32,000 nt of DNA from an uncultured Erysipelotrichaceae bacterium. GTDB lineage: Bacteria; Bacillota_I; Bacilli_A; Erysipelotrichales; Erysipelotrichaceae. Shown in pieces: positions 23,312-31,205 of the stretch. The translations under genes were made by a program, and so were the position numbers. Location of the stretch: assembly GCA_964401865.1 (NCBI GenBank), contig CAYNZZ010000001.1:90001-122000 (forward strand). The letters are read 5' to 3'. Each line of letters opens with the position of its first letter. Position 1 is the stretch's first letter. The notes under the pieces are model-generated. The model saw only the letters and a list, made by a program, of their open reading frames with translations. It was not told where the DNA came from and did no database searches.

Positions 23312-26300
23312 ATGAAATATGATTTTTTATTTAATAGAATCGATAAGCTGATTAAAGATGATGAAAATCATTCTCTTTTGTCGTATAGTTCAGTGATTGA
23401 AGAGGCATTAAAGCTGGTTCTATACGCAAAAAATAAAGATAAGTTAATCGTCATTAAAGAAAATGCTTATTTGGCAACTAAAATGTATGAAATATTAAAT
23501 CCATATTTTGAAAGTAACGAAGTAATTTTATTTTTGCCAGAAGAATCTTTACGTGCCGAAGCCATTGTGGCATCATATGAAAACAGAGCCGAAAGATTAT
23601 ACGCTTTGTATCGGATAATTAAAGGCAATTTTAAAATCATCGTTACATCGCCATATGGTTATATTCGTCATTTGCCAAATAAAGAGCTTCTTTTAAGCTA
23701 TTTATTAAATATTAAAGTTGGCGATATTTTAAAACGCGATGATTTGATTCAATATTTAAATCGCGTTGGTTATGAAAAAGCCAGCCATGTATCGTCACCA
23801 TTACAGTATGCTGTCAGGGGTTCGATAGTGGATGTTTATAGTGTTAATTATCAAAAACCAATTAGGATTGAATTTTTTGATGACGAAATAGATTCGATTC
23901 GCTTTTTCGATTTAAATAGTCAAGCGACAATAGAAGTTATTAATGAAATAGAAATATGTTTTGCGAAAGATGTATTTTTTGATGATGAAGAAAAAGAAAG
24001 GTTGAAGTCTGAATGTGAGGGCATAAGTGGCGAAGTCGATTTAGATGTCGAGTATATAGAAAAGGATATCTATGCTTCTAATCAATACTTTTACCGTTCT
24101 TTTTTCTCTAATGCTCATTTGAAAGATTATTTAGATGACTATTTTTTATATTTAAGTGATAAAGATAAAATAAGCGAGCATTTACATTTTTTAGGTGATG
24201 AAACAGTTAATTATATCCAAGAAATGTTTGCCGATAAAAAACTACCGCTCAAATATCAGGTGTATGGCGATTTCCATCGCTTATGCATGCATGAAAAAAT
24301 GATAGAAGCAATTCCTTTTTATAGCCCCTTTCCGTTAATAGTTGAAGTTGATTTGCCACATATGAATCTTGTGAGTCTGATTAACTTGATCAAAAAAGAT
24401 GAACACCAATATGTGGTGGTGGCATTAGGCGGTAAAGAATATACTGAAGTTAAAGGGATACTCGATAAAAACGATATTAAATATCACGAAATAAAAGATG
24501 ATTTAAAAGAGGGAATTAATCTTTTAAATGCAGCATTGTTAGGTGGCTTTGAAATAAAATCGTTGGCTCTTGTTGTATATACGGCTAGTGAACTGTTTAA
24601 AAACAAAAAAAGAGTTGGTCGTTTTGGGCAGAAATATGAAGAAGCAACTGTTTTATCTTCTTATGAAGAACTTAAACCTGGCGATTATGTCGTTCATGAT
24701 CAGTATGGTATCGGGCAATTTTTAAAGATTGAAACCAGAGAAGTAAACGGTATTGCCTTAGATTATTTAAAGATTATCTATCGTGGCAATGATGAACTAT
24801 TAGTACCGTTATCACAATTTTCATTAGTTAGAAAATATGTTTCTAAAGATGGGGTCGTACCTAAACTACATAAGTTAGGAACTAAGGATTGGCAAAATAC
24901 TAAGGCTAAGGTTGAAGCCAGTGTCAGCGATTTGGCCAAAAGGCTAGTTAAATTATATGCTCTTAGAGAAGAAAAAAGCGGATTCGCTTTCAGCAAAGAC
25001 AGCAAGATGCAAAGGGAGTTTGAAGATGAATTTATCTATGACTTAACCGATGATCAAGCTAGAGCAATTAAAGAAGTGAAAGAAGATATGGAAAGCAAAA
25101 AGCCGATGGATAGACTTTTGTGCGGTGATGTTGGTTTTGGCAAGACAGAAGTGGCTATTCGTGCTAGCTTTAAGGCTGTGGTGGACCATAAGCAAGTAGC
25201 TTATTTGTGCCCGACAACTATTCTTTCTTTGCAACACTATGAAACTTTTAAAAATCGTTTTGCTAATTATCCGGTTAGAATCGAATTATTGAATAGGTAT
25301 ATTACACCGGTTAAACAAAAAGAAATATTGAAGGATTTAAGCGAAGGTAAGATTGATATCTTAATTGGCACTCATCGCATCTTATCTAAAGATATTGTCT
25401 TTAATGATTTAGGTCTTTTAATTATTGATGAAGAACAGCGATTCGGTGTTGAACACAAAGAGAGAATCAAAGAATTCAAGAATAATATTGATGTCTTGTC
25501 ACTTAGTGCCACACCAATTCCGAGAACCTTACAGATGTCACTGGTAGGTATTAGATCATTATCAACTCTTGATAAGGCCCCAAATAATCGTTATCCAGTT
25601 CAAACCTATGTTGTATATAAAAAGATGGGTTTAATTAAAGAAGTAATTATGCGTGAACTGGTGCGTGGCGGTCAAGTCTTCTATCTTTTCAACAATATCG
25701 AAGAAATATATCTGGTAGCTAGAAAGATTGAAAAAGAAATACCTCAAGCAAGGGTTAAAGTTGCCCATGGTCGCATGAGCAGAGAAGAGATGGAAGATGT
25801 CATGATGGAATTCTATGATGGAAGCATTGATGTCTTAATATGCACTACAATTATCGAAACCGGTATTGATATACCAAATGCTAATACCATTATTATTGAC
25901 AGTGCTCAAAACTTCGGGTTATCACAACTCTATCAGATTAAAGGTCGTGTTGGAAGAAGCGATAAGGTTGCTTATGCTTATCTTTTGATACCCGAGAAGA
26001 AGAGTTTAAATGAGAAAAGCGAAAAACGGCTCGAAGCAATTAAAGAGTTTACAGCTCTTGGCAGCGGATATAAAATTGCGATGCGTGATTTGGCAATCAG
26101 AGGTGCCGGTGATTTATTGGGACCTAAACAATCAGGGTTTATTGATAATGTCGGCTTGGATTTATATTTGATGATGCTTCATGATGCTATTGCAAAAGAA
26201 AAGGGTGAAGAAGTAAAAGAAGAAAAACCAAAGACCAGCATCAACATCCCTATTGCTTCATACATTCCAGAAAATTTCTCGGAAAGTGATTATGATAAAT

Positions 26301-26680
26301 TGTCACTATATCACGAACTGGATGCTATTGATAATAAAGAAGATTTGTTAGCATACTATCTTAGAGTTCAGGATGAATACGGCAAATTGCCTAAAGAAGT
26401 TAAAGCCTTATTTGATAAAAAGCGTATGCAGATATTTATTGAATTAGAAGATGTTGAATCAATAAAGGTTATTGGTAATGATTTTAAAGTTACTTTGACT
26501 AAAAAACGTTCAGATCAAATTGATGGGATGAAATTATTTGAATTATGTAATAATATATCTAGAGATATTAACATCAAATATACGAAGTCAAAATTAGAAT
26601 TGACAATTAAGAATCGAAAAGATGATATCCAAAAGATTATTAAACTAGTTGATTCATTAGATAAGGTAAACAAGCAATGA
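23312..26680 (+). CDS. mfd: Transcription-repair coupling factor Mfd
   Basis: 1122 aa with the RNAP-interaction region GDYVVHDQYGIGQF, helicase motifs LLCGDVGFGKTEVA, DEEQRFGV, SATPIPRT and QLYQIKGRVGRS, and a TRG-like region. It lies directly after pth, as in many Bacillota. Confidence 0.95.
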   Translation: MKYDFLFNRIDKLIKDDENHSLLSYSSVIEEALKLVLYAKNKDKLIVIKENAYLATKMYEILNPYFESNEVILFLPEESLRAEAIVASYENRAERLYALYRIIKGNFKIIVTSPYGYIRHLPNKELLLSYLLNIKVGDILKRDDLIQYLNRVGYEKASHVSSPLQYAVRGSIVDVYSVNYQKPIRIEFFDDEIDSIRFFDLNSQATIEVINEIEICFAKDVFFDDEEKERLKSECEGISGEVDLDVEYIEKDIYASNQYFYRSFFSNAHLKDYLDDYFLYLSDKDKISEHLHFLGDETVNYIQEMFADKKLPLKYQVYGDFHRLCMHEKMIEAIPFYSPFPLIVEVDLPHMNLVSLINLIKKDEHQYVVVALGGKEYTEVKGILDKNDIKYHEIKDDLKEGINLLNAALLGGFEIKSLALVVYTASELFKNKKRVGRFGQKYEEATVLSSYEELKPGDYVVHDQYGIGQFLKIETREVNGIALDYLKIIYRGNDELLVPLSQFSLVRKYVSKDGVVPKLHKLGTKDWQNTKAKVEASVSDLAKRLVKLYALREEKSGFAFSKDSKMQREFEDEFIYDLTDDQARAIKEVKEDMESKKPMDRLLCGDVGFGKTEVAIRASFKAVVDHKQVAYLCPTTILSLQHYETFKNRFANYPVRIELLNRYITPVKQKEILKDLSEGKIDILIGTHRILSKDIVFNDLGLLIIDEEQRFGVEHKERIKEFKNNIDVLSLSATPIPRTLQMSLVGIRSLSTLDKAPNNRYPVQTYVVYKKMGLIKEVIMRELVRGGQVFYLFNNIEEIYLVARKIEKEIPQARVKVAHGRMSREEMEDVMMEFYDGSIDVLICTTIIETGIDIPNANTIIIDSAQNFGLSQLYQIKGRVGRSDKVAYAYLLIPEKKSLNEKSEKRLEAIKEFTALGSGYKIAMRDLAIRGAGDLLGPKQSGFIDNVGLDLYLMMLHDAIAKEKGEEVKEEKPKTSINIPIASYIPENFSESDYDKLSLYHELDAIDNKEDLLAYYLRVQDEYGKLPKEVKALFDKKRMQIFIELEDVESIKVIGNDFKVTLTKKRSDQIDGMKLFELCNNISRDINIKYTKSKLELTIKNRKDDIQKIIKLVDSLDKVNKQ

Positions 26681-26940
26681 GAATAGATAAATATTTAAAA
26701 GTGGCAAGAGTATTAAAACGCCGAGTTGTAGCTAAAGAATTGGCCGATCAAGAAAGACTGATTGTTAATGGGCGTAAGGTTAAAGCCAGTTATGAAGTTA
26801 AAGTTGGGGATGAAATAGAGATCGTTTTCGGTCATCGTGTATTAGCAATTAGAGTATTGATGGTGTTAGAGCACACTAAAAAAGAAGAAGCTTGTTTAAT
26901 GTACGAAGTAATTGGCGAAAGGAGTAATGATAATGAATAA
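26677..26940 (+). CDS. rqcP: S4-domain RNA-binding protein (YabO/RqcP-like, Hsp15 family)
   Basis: 87 aa. MRIDKYLKVARVLKRRVVAKELADQERLIVNGRKVKAS..VKVGDEIEI is an S4 alpha-L motif. Its position after mfd and before divIC matches Bacillus yabO. The start overlaps the mfd stop. Confidence 0.65.
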   Translation: MRIDKYLKVARVLKRRVVAKELADQERLIVNGRKVKASYEVKVGDEIEIVFGHRVLAIRVLMVLEHTKKEEACLMYEVIGERSNDNE

Positions 26941-27268
26941 TACCCACGTGAAAACAAAGAAAAAAAGAAAACCAAAAAAGATTGTCATGAAAGTGGTATC
27001 TATTGTAGTAATATTTGTTGCCATTTATATGCTTATCGGCGTTGGCAAAGAAGTAAGTACAACACTGATGTTACAAAGACAGGCCGAAGAAGCTGAAGAG
27101 CAATTAAAGATATTGGAAGAAGAAAATGCTTCTTTGATTCAAAAAAGAGATAAATTGGAAGATCCAAATTATGTAGAGACATATGCCAGAGGTGAGTATA
27201 TGTTTTCCAAAGATAATGAAAAAATTTTCTATCTTCCTTCCGACAACGCCGATGCTAGTGAAGAGTAA
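26933..27268 (+). CDS. divIC: Septum formation initiator family protein (DivIC/FtsB)
   Basis: I chose the ATG at 26933 because the SD AAAGGAG (26918-26924) lies 8 nt upstream. The protein has a basic N-terminus, one TM, the coiled coil QRQAEEAEEQLKILEEENASLIQKRDKLEDPNYVE, and then ARGEYMFSKDNE. Confidence 0.8.
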   Translation: MNNTHVKTKKKRKPKKIVMKVVSIVVIFVAIYMLIGVGKEVSTTLMLQRQAEEAEEQLKILEEENASLIQKRDKLEDPNYVETYARGEYMFSKDNEKIFYLPSDNADASEE

Positions 27269-27278
27269 TATTATGAAT

Positions 27279-27313
27279 AAAGCCCTATTACATATATTGT
27301 GCAATAGGGCTTT
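27279..27313. terminator. Bidirectional terminator between convergent divIC and the 119-aa gene
   Basis: AAAGCCCTATT (27279-27289) pairs with AATAGGGCTTT (27303-27313) around a 13-nt loop. A/T runs lie on both sides. The hairpin abuts the minus-strand stop at 27312-27314. Confidence 0.7.
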
Positions 27314-27671
27314 ATAATTTGACTTTAACTAGTTTACTGGTCAGAAATTCTTTTCTGGCTCCATTAATCATGGATCTAGAAATAGATTTTTTATTGCTTT
27401 CTTTATAATCTTTTCTAACTAAATAGATTAATGTAAAGATGACGAATGCTTTTTTAAAACTACTAACGGATTGTTTGAACTTATTAGTGGTAAGTTTTAT
27501 CGATTCATTTATCTCTTCAATGTGATTGGTGGCTTGAATGATATTTTCATTTAAATGTTTGGCTATGTTCGATGCTTTAATTAACATTTTTATAAGTAAT
27601 ACTAAAATGATAACTATAACAGCCACATAAGCATAAATAATATATGAATTAATCAATCGCAGCATTTCCAT
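27312..27671 (-). CDS. Small membrane-anchored coiled-coil protein (possibly DUF948-like)
   Basis: 119 aa with an N-terminal TM (IIYAYVAVIVIILVLLI), then a helical segment and a second hydrophobic stretch. It lies 4 nt downstream of yigZ on the same strand. The family guess is weak. Confidence 0.5.
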   Translation of the reverse strand: MEMLRLINSYIIYAYVAVIVIILVLLIKMLIKASNIAKHLNENIIQATNHIEEINESIKLTTNKFKQSVSSFKKAFVIFTLIYLVRKDYKESNKKSISRSMINGARKEFLTSKLVKVKL

Positions 27672-27675
27672 AATC

Positions 27676-28272
27676 TCATTTTATCACTTTTTGTACTTTT
27701 GTAATACCGATAATTGTAGGCTTATTTCCTCGAGTATATTCTAGGATTGTCTCTATTTGTCTATCGTCGTTAAGAGCGAAATGATAGATAACATTTTCGC
27801 TGTAATCTTTTTTTAAATCAATGGTGTTATTAGTTAAATAATAATCTATTTTATTGGCTGTTTCATAATCTAATACCAACTCATATAATGGATAATCTAT
27901 TTCGATGTATTTATCGGTCAATTCAATAGCTTTTGATGTACTGTTAGAATAGGCACGAATTAAACCGCCAGATCCAAGTTTGATGCCACCAAAATATCTG
28001 ACAACATAACAAGCCACTCTATTTAATTCGTTGTGTATTAAAACATTGAGTATTGGCATGCCGGCAGTACCACTTGGCTCGCCATCATCACTAGACTTCA
28101 TTAAATCATCAAAGATAAATGCACTACATACATGTGTGGCATCATAGTGTTTCTTTTTGATGTTTTTAAGCTCTTCTTTATAATCGTCAGCACTTTCTAA
28201 CTTGACTAAATAAGTGATAAAGCGTGATTTATTGATGACGATTTCGTTTATGACAGAATCTTTGATATACAT
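27676..28272 (-). CDS. yigZ: YigZ/IMPACT-family protein (UPF0029)
   Basis: 198 aa with INKSRFI..., the hallmark DDGEPSGTAGMPIL, and RYFGGIKLGSGGLIRAY. Confidence 0.85.
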   Translation of the reverse strand: MYIKDSVINEIVINKSRFITYLVKLESADDYKEELKNIKKKHYDATHVCSAFIFDDLMKSSDDGEPSGTAGMPILNVLIHNELNRVACYVVRYFGGIKLGSGGLIRAYSNSTSKAIELTDKYIEIDYPLYELVLDYETANKIDYYLTNNTIDLKKDYSENVIYHFALNDDRQIETILEYTRGNKPTIIGITKVQKVIK

Positions 28273-28278
28273 GTTTAA

Positions 28279-28287
28279 ATTATATCA
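28279..28287 (-). promoter_or_regulatory. Extended -10 box 6 nt upstream of the yigZ ATG
   Basis: The minus strand reads TGATATAAT, then TTAAAC, then ATG (28272-28270). There is no SD. Confidence 0.4.
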
Positions 28288-28407
28288 ATTTTCAATTGAA
28301 TATTGAAAAAAGTTGATCGTCTAAGAACATTGTTGACAAATATTATATAGATAAAAAATAGCTTTTTATACATTTGCACACTAGCTATATGCATATATGT
28401 ATATACA

Positions 28408-28416
28408 TGCTATAAT
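28408..28416 (+). promoter_or_regulatory. Extended -10 box 7 nt upstream of the first MATE ATG
   Basis: TGCTATAAT (28408-28416), then GTCTCTC, then ATG at 28424. None of the three candidate ATGs (28424, 28436, 28445) is preceded by an SD. Confidence 0.4.
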
Positions 28417-28423
28417 GTCTCTC

Positions 28424-29770
28424 ATGAGTCAAAAAATGGATAAAATGGCAAATTGGCCAGTAGGAAAACTATTATTCTCAATGGGTATACCAGCGGTATT
28501 TTCGATGCTCATTCAGGCGATGTACAATGTCATCGATTCTGTTTATATTTCTCAATATTCACAAGATGCTTTATTTGCGGTAGGGTTAGCTTCACCTTTA
28601 CAGATGGTAGGACTATCACTTGCGCTAGGTGGAGGTGTGGGTGTTGGTACTTTATTATCGAGAAGGCTTGGGCAAAAAGATTATCGAGAAGCCAATGCAA
28701 TTGCAACGACTGGCATTTTGATAACAATAGTACATATCTTAATAATTATCTTGCTTGGATTCTTTGGTATTAAACCCTTCTTGTCGTTATTTACTGATCG
28801 GATAGAGATAATTAATTATGGTTATGATTATTTGATTATTGTTATGACTTTTTGTTTTGGGCAATTCTTTTCGATTTTGTTTGAAAGAATTTTACAAGCA
28901 CAAGGCAATATGATGTTACCGATGTTTTCGCAGCTGATTGGGGCGATACTTAATATCGTTTTAGATCCGGTATTTATTTTTGGTAATTCATTTATACCGT
29001 CTTTAGGCGCAAAAGGCGCAGCCATCGCTACAGTTATTGGACAAATATCAAGTATGATATTCATTGCACTAGCTGTATTTATTGGCAAGCATCAAGTTCG
29101 CATCTCTTTTGAAGGTTTGAACTTCGATAAACAAAGACTTAGTGATATATATGCAGTTGGTTTACCAACGGCAGTTATGAATATGATTTCTTCTGTAACA
29201 ACCACATTGATGAACGGAGTGCTGGTTAAATTCTCTGAAAATGCTGTGACAAGTTTAAGCATTTATTTCCGTTTGCAATCATTCGTGTTTATGCCAATAT
29301 TTGGATTTAATCAGGGTGCGCTACCTATTCTTTCTTATACATATGGATCAAATAATGCGCAAAGATATTCAAAAACAGTGAAATTATATGCTTTGACAGC
29401 TATTGTTTGTATGATATTTGGAACATGTATTTTCGTCTTTAAGCCTGATTTATTGTTGTCATTCTTTGAAATGGATAGAGAGCTTTTTGATATTGCGGTA
29501 ATGACTTTGAGAATTATTGCAATGTCATTTGTATTTGCGGCAATTTCTATTGTAGTATCAACAGTATTTCAATCGTTTGGTAAGGGTATGATTTCGATGA
29601 TTCAACAAGTATTAAGACAACTTGTGGTTTTAATACCGTTAGCATATCTGTTATCACAGTTTAATAATCTAAATCTTGTATGGCTTGCTTATCCAATTGC
29701 TGAATTAGTGGTCGCATGTATATTTGCTCCATTAGCCTACAAGGCTTATAAAAGATATTTTAGGATATAG
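28424..29770 (+). CDS. MATE-family multidrug/toxic-compound efflux transporter
   Basis: 12-TM protein with the N-terminus ...GKLLFSMGIPAVFSMLIQAMYNVIDSVYISQ typical of MATE/NorM-like proteins. The start is uncertain within 28397-28445. Confidence 0.85.
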   Translation: MSQKMDKMANWPVGKLLFSMGIPAVFSMLIQAMYNVIDSVYISQYSQDALFAVGLASPLQMVGLSLALGGGVGVGTLLSRRLGQKDYREANAIATTGILITIVHILIIILLGFFGIKPFLSLFTDRIEIINYGYDYLIIVMTFCFGQFFSILFERILQAQGNMMLPMFSQLIGAILNIVLDPVFIFGNSFIPSLGAKGAAIATVIGQISSMIFIALAVFIGKHQVRISFEGLNFDKQRLSDIYAVGLPTAVMNMISSVTTTLMNGVLVKFSENAVTSLSIYFRLQSFVFMPIFGFNQGALPILSYTYGSNNAQRYSKTVKLYALTAIVCMIFGTCIFVFKPDLLLSFFEMDRELFDIAVMTLRIIAMSFVFAAISIVVSTVFQSFGKGMISMIQQVLRQLVVLIPLAYLLSQFNNLNLVWLAYPIAELVVACIFAPLAYKAYKRYFRI

Positions 29771-29789
29771 AAAAGATTATAAAAATAAC

Positions 29790-29830
29790 AATACCCCAAA
29801 TCTTAGGCATCTAGGAGAAGGGGTATTTTT
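29790..29830. terminator. Bidirectional terminator between MATE gene and the orphan HTH gene
   Basis: AATACCCC (29790-29797) pairs with GGGGTATT (29820-29827). TTT follows on the plus strand, and GTTATTTTT follows on the minus strand. Confidence 0.6.
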
Positions 29831-29868
29831 ATGCATAATAATTTCTAATCCTCAAACATATTATTTTA

Positions 29869-30960
29869 TTAGAGATTAAGGCTATTAAATTTTGGTAGCT
29901 TATTAATTAAAGCTGCTATTTCTTTATCATTTACTTTGGTATCGACAAAAATAACAATATCGTAATAATCGTTATTTCTGTAATTTTTTAATCCGCCAAG
30001 TTCATTACAAATATAACATTCATCAAAAACAATCTCGCTAAGTTTTTGACTATTATAATCGATTCCAAATTTCAATATCTCTATTGCTTGATTTTTATAT
30101 TTGTCTAAATGATTTAAAGTGTATCTTAAACAATTGTTAATTATAGGGTTGATTAAGTTATATGTAATAGAATCAACCTGACATTTTCTTTTTTCGATAT
30201 TTCCAAGTTTATATTCATAAGGTTTTATTTGAAACATTGAATGAAATAAATCATCATTATCTAATATGATTTCTAAAAATTCATCCTGACAAAAAATACA
30301 TTCTTCTGATCCATAATGACCATTTGTTAAAAACATATTGTATGAGTCAAAAATATCATAAAATAGTTGAGCATCATTCATACTGGCAACAAGACGAGCG
30401 AATTCAATAAGATTTTTAAAATTAATAAATATTAAATCATTAGTTTTTTTGGACTGAAAATGATTGTGATACCATTTTATCTTTATCCCATACTCATCAT
30501 GAAGGTACCTAACAGCGTTGATTGAATTATATTCCACTACATAATCAAGAAAGCTATTTTCAAATTCATCGATTCGAGAAATAATAGAATGACCACTCCT
30601 TGTAGTCAATAAATCGAGTTCTTTTTTATATAATTTTGGATCATCTAAGTACGCATAATATTCAAATCCTTTACTAAATGGCACATTATCTTTTTCAATA
30701 GGTAATTTATATGCATCTTCATCTAGCAATCTAGCTAGTGAAACTCCAAATATTTTTTCTAAAGGAATGATAAATTCATATTTAAGAGGTCTTTCTTCTT
30801 TTAACATTTTTGAAAAATTAGATTTTTCTTTATTGGCAAATTCATATGCTTCTTGTCCTTTGATTCCTAATTCATTAGCGATTTTAATGAGTAAATGACT
30901 ATACATCTTTATTCCTTTTAGTTTCATGTAATGATCAATATTGTTTTTTAAGCTATTCAT
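29869..30960 (-). CDS. Orphan protein: N-terminal XRE-type helix-turn-helix domain plus roughly 280-aa unknown domain with two E-C-x-x-C knuckles
   Basis: 363 aa. The SD GGAAG lies 7 nt upstream of the ATG at 30960. The HTH-like N-terminus reads LKNNIDHYMKLKGIKMYSHLLIKIANELGI...NFSKMLKEERPLKYEFIIPLEKIFGVSLARLL. Later come GSEECIFCQDEF and FDECYICNELGG. I recognised no family for the remainder. Confidence 0.6.
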   Translation of the reverse strand: MNSLKNNIDHYMKLKGIKMYSHLLIKIANELGIKGQEAYEFANKEKSNFSKMLKEERPLKYEFIIPLEKIFGVSLARLLDEDAYKLPIEKDNVPFSKGFEYYAYLDDPKLYKKELDLLTTRSGHSIISRIDEFENSFLDYVVEYNSINAVRYLHDEYGIKIKWYHNHFQSKKTNDLIFINFKNLIEFARLVASMNDAQLFYDIFDSYNMFLTNGHYGSEECIFCQDEFLEIILDNDDLFHSMFQIKPYEYKLGNIEKRKCQVDSITYNLINPIINNCLRYTLNHLDKYKNQAIEILKFGIDYNSQKLSEIVFDECYICNELGGLKNYRNNDYYDIVIFVDTKVNDKEIAALINKLPKFNSLNL

Positions 30961-31147
30961 TTCTTTACTTCCATATCTTATATTATTTATTTTATATATT
31001 TTTGTCTATTTTTGTAGTCATTTACGACAACTTTTGTAGTCTATTTTGACTCTCATAATATTTTGAGTAAAAAACGAATCGTCAAATTTGACAACATATT
31101 TTATTGGACATTGTAGAATATTCACCTTCAAAAATTTACTTATCTAA

Positions 31148-31176
31148 TTGTCAAGTCTTACATTTAAATTTAATAT
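31148..31176 (+). promoter_or_regulatory. Candidate tex promoter
   Basis: TTGTCA (31148-31153), a 17-bp spacer, then TAATAT (31171-31176). The SD GAGGT lies at 31193-31197. Confidence 0.45.
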
Positions 31177-31205
31177 TTTGTATTATTTTTGTTGAGGTAA
31201 ATCGA

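Noticed and set aside
24778-25237. Minus-strand ORFs (75 and 64 aa) inside mfd
   Set aside because: Antisense shadow ORFs.
27104-27304. 66-aa minus-strand ORF opposite divIC
   Set aside because: It is antisense to divIC and runs through the terminator hairpin.
28333-28338. Consensus TTGACA as a -35 element for the MATE gene or yigZ
   Set aside because: I found no acceptable -10 hexamer at 16-18 bp spacing on the plus strand. It is probably a chance occurrence.
28453-29088. Three short ORFs overlapping the MATE gene
   Set aside because: They are alternative-frame or antisense ORFs within a 12-TM transporter gene.
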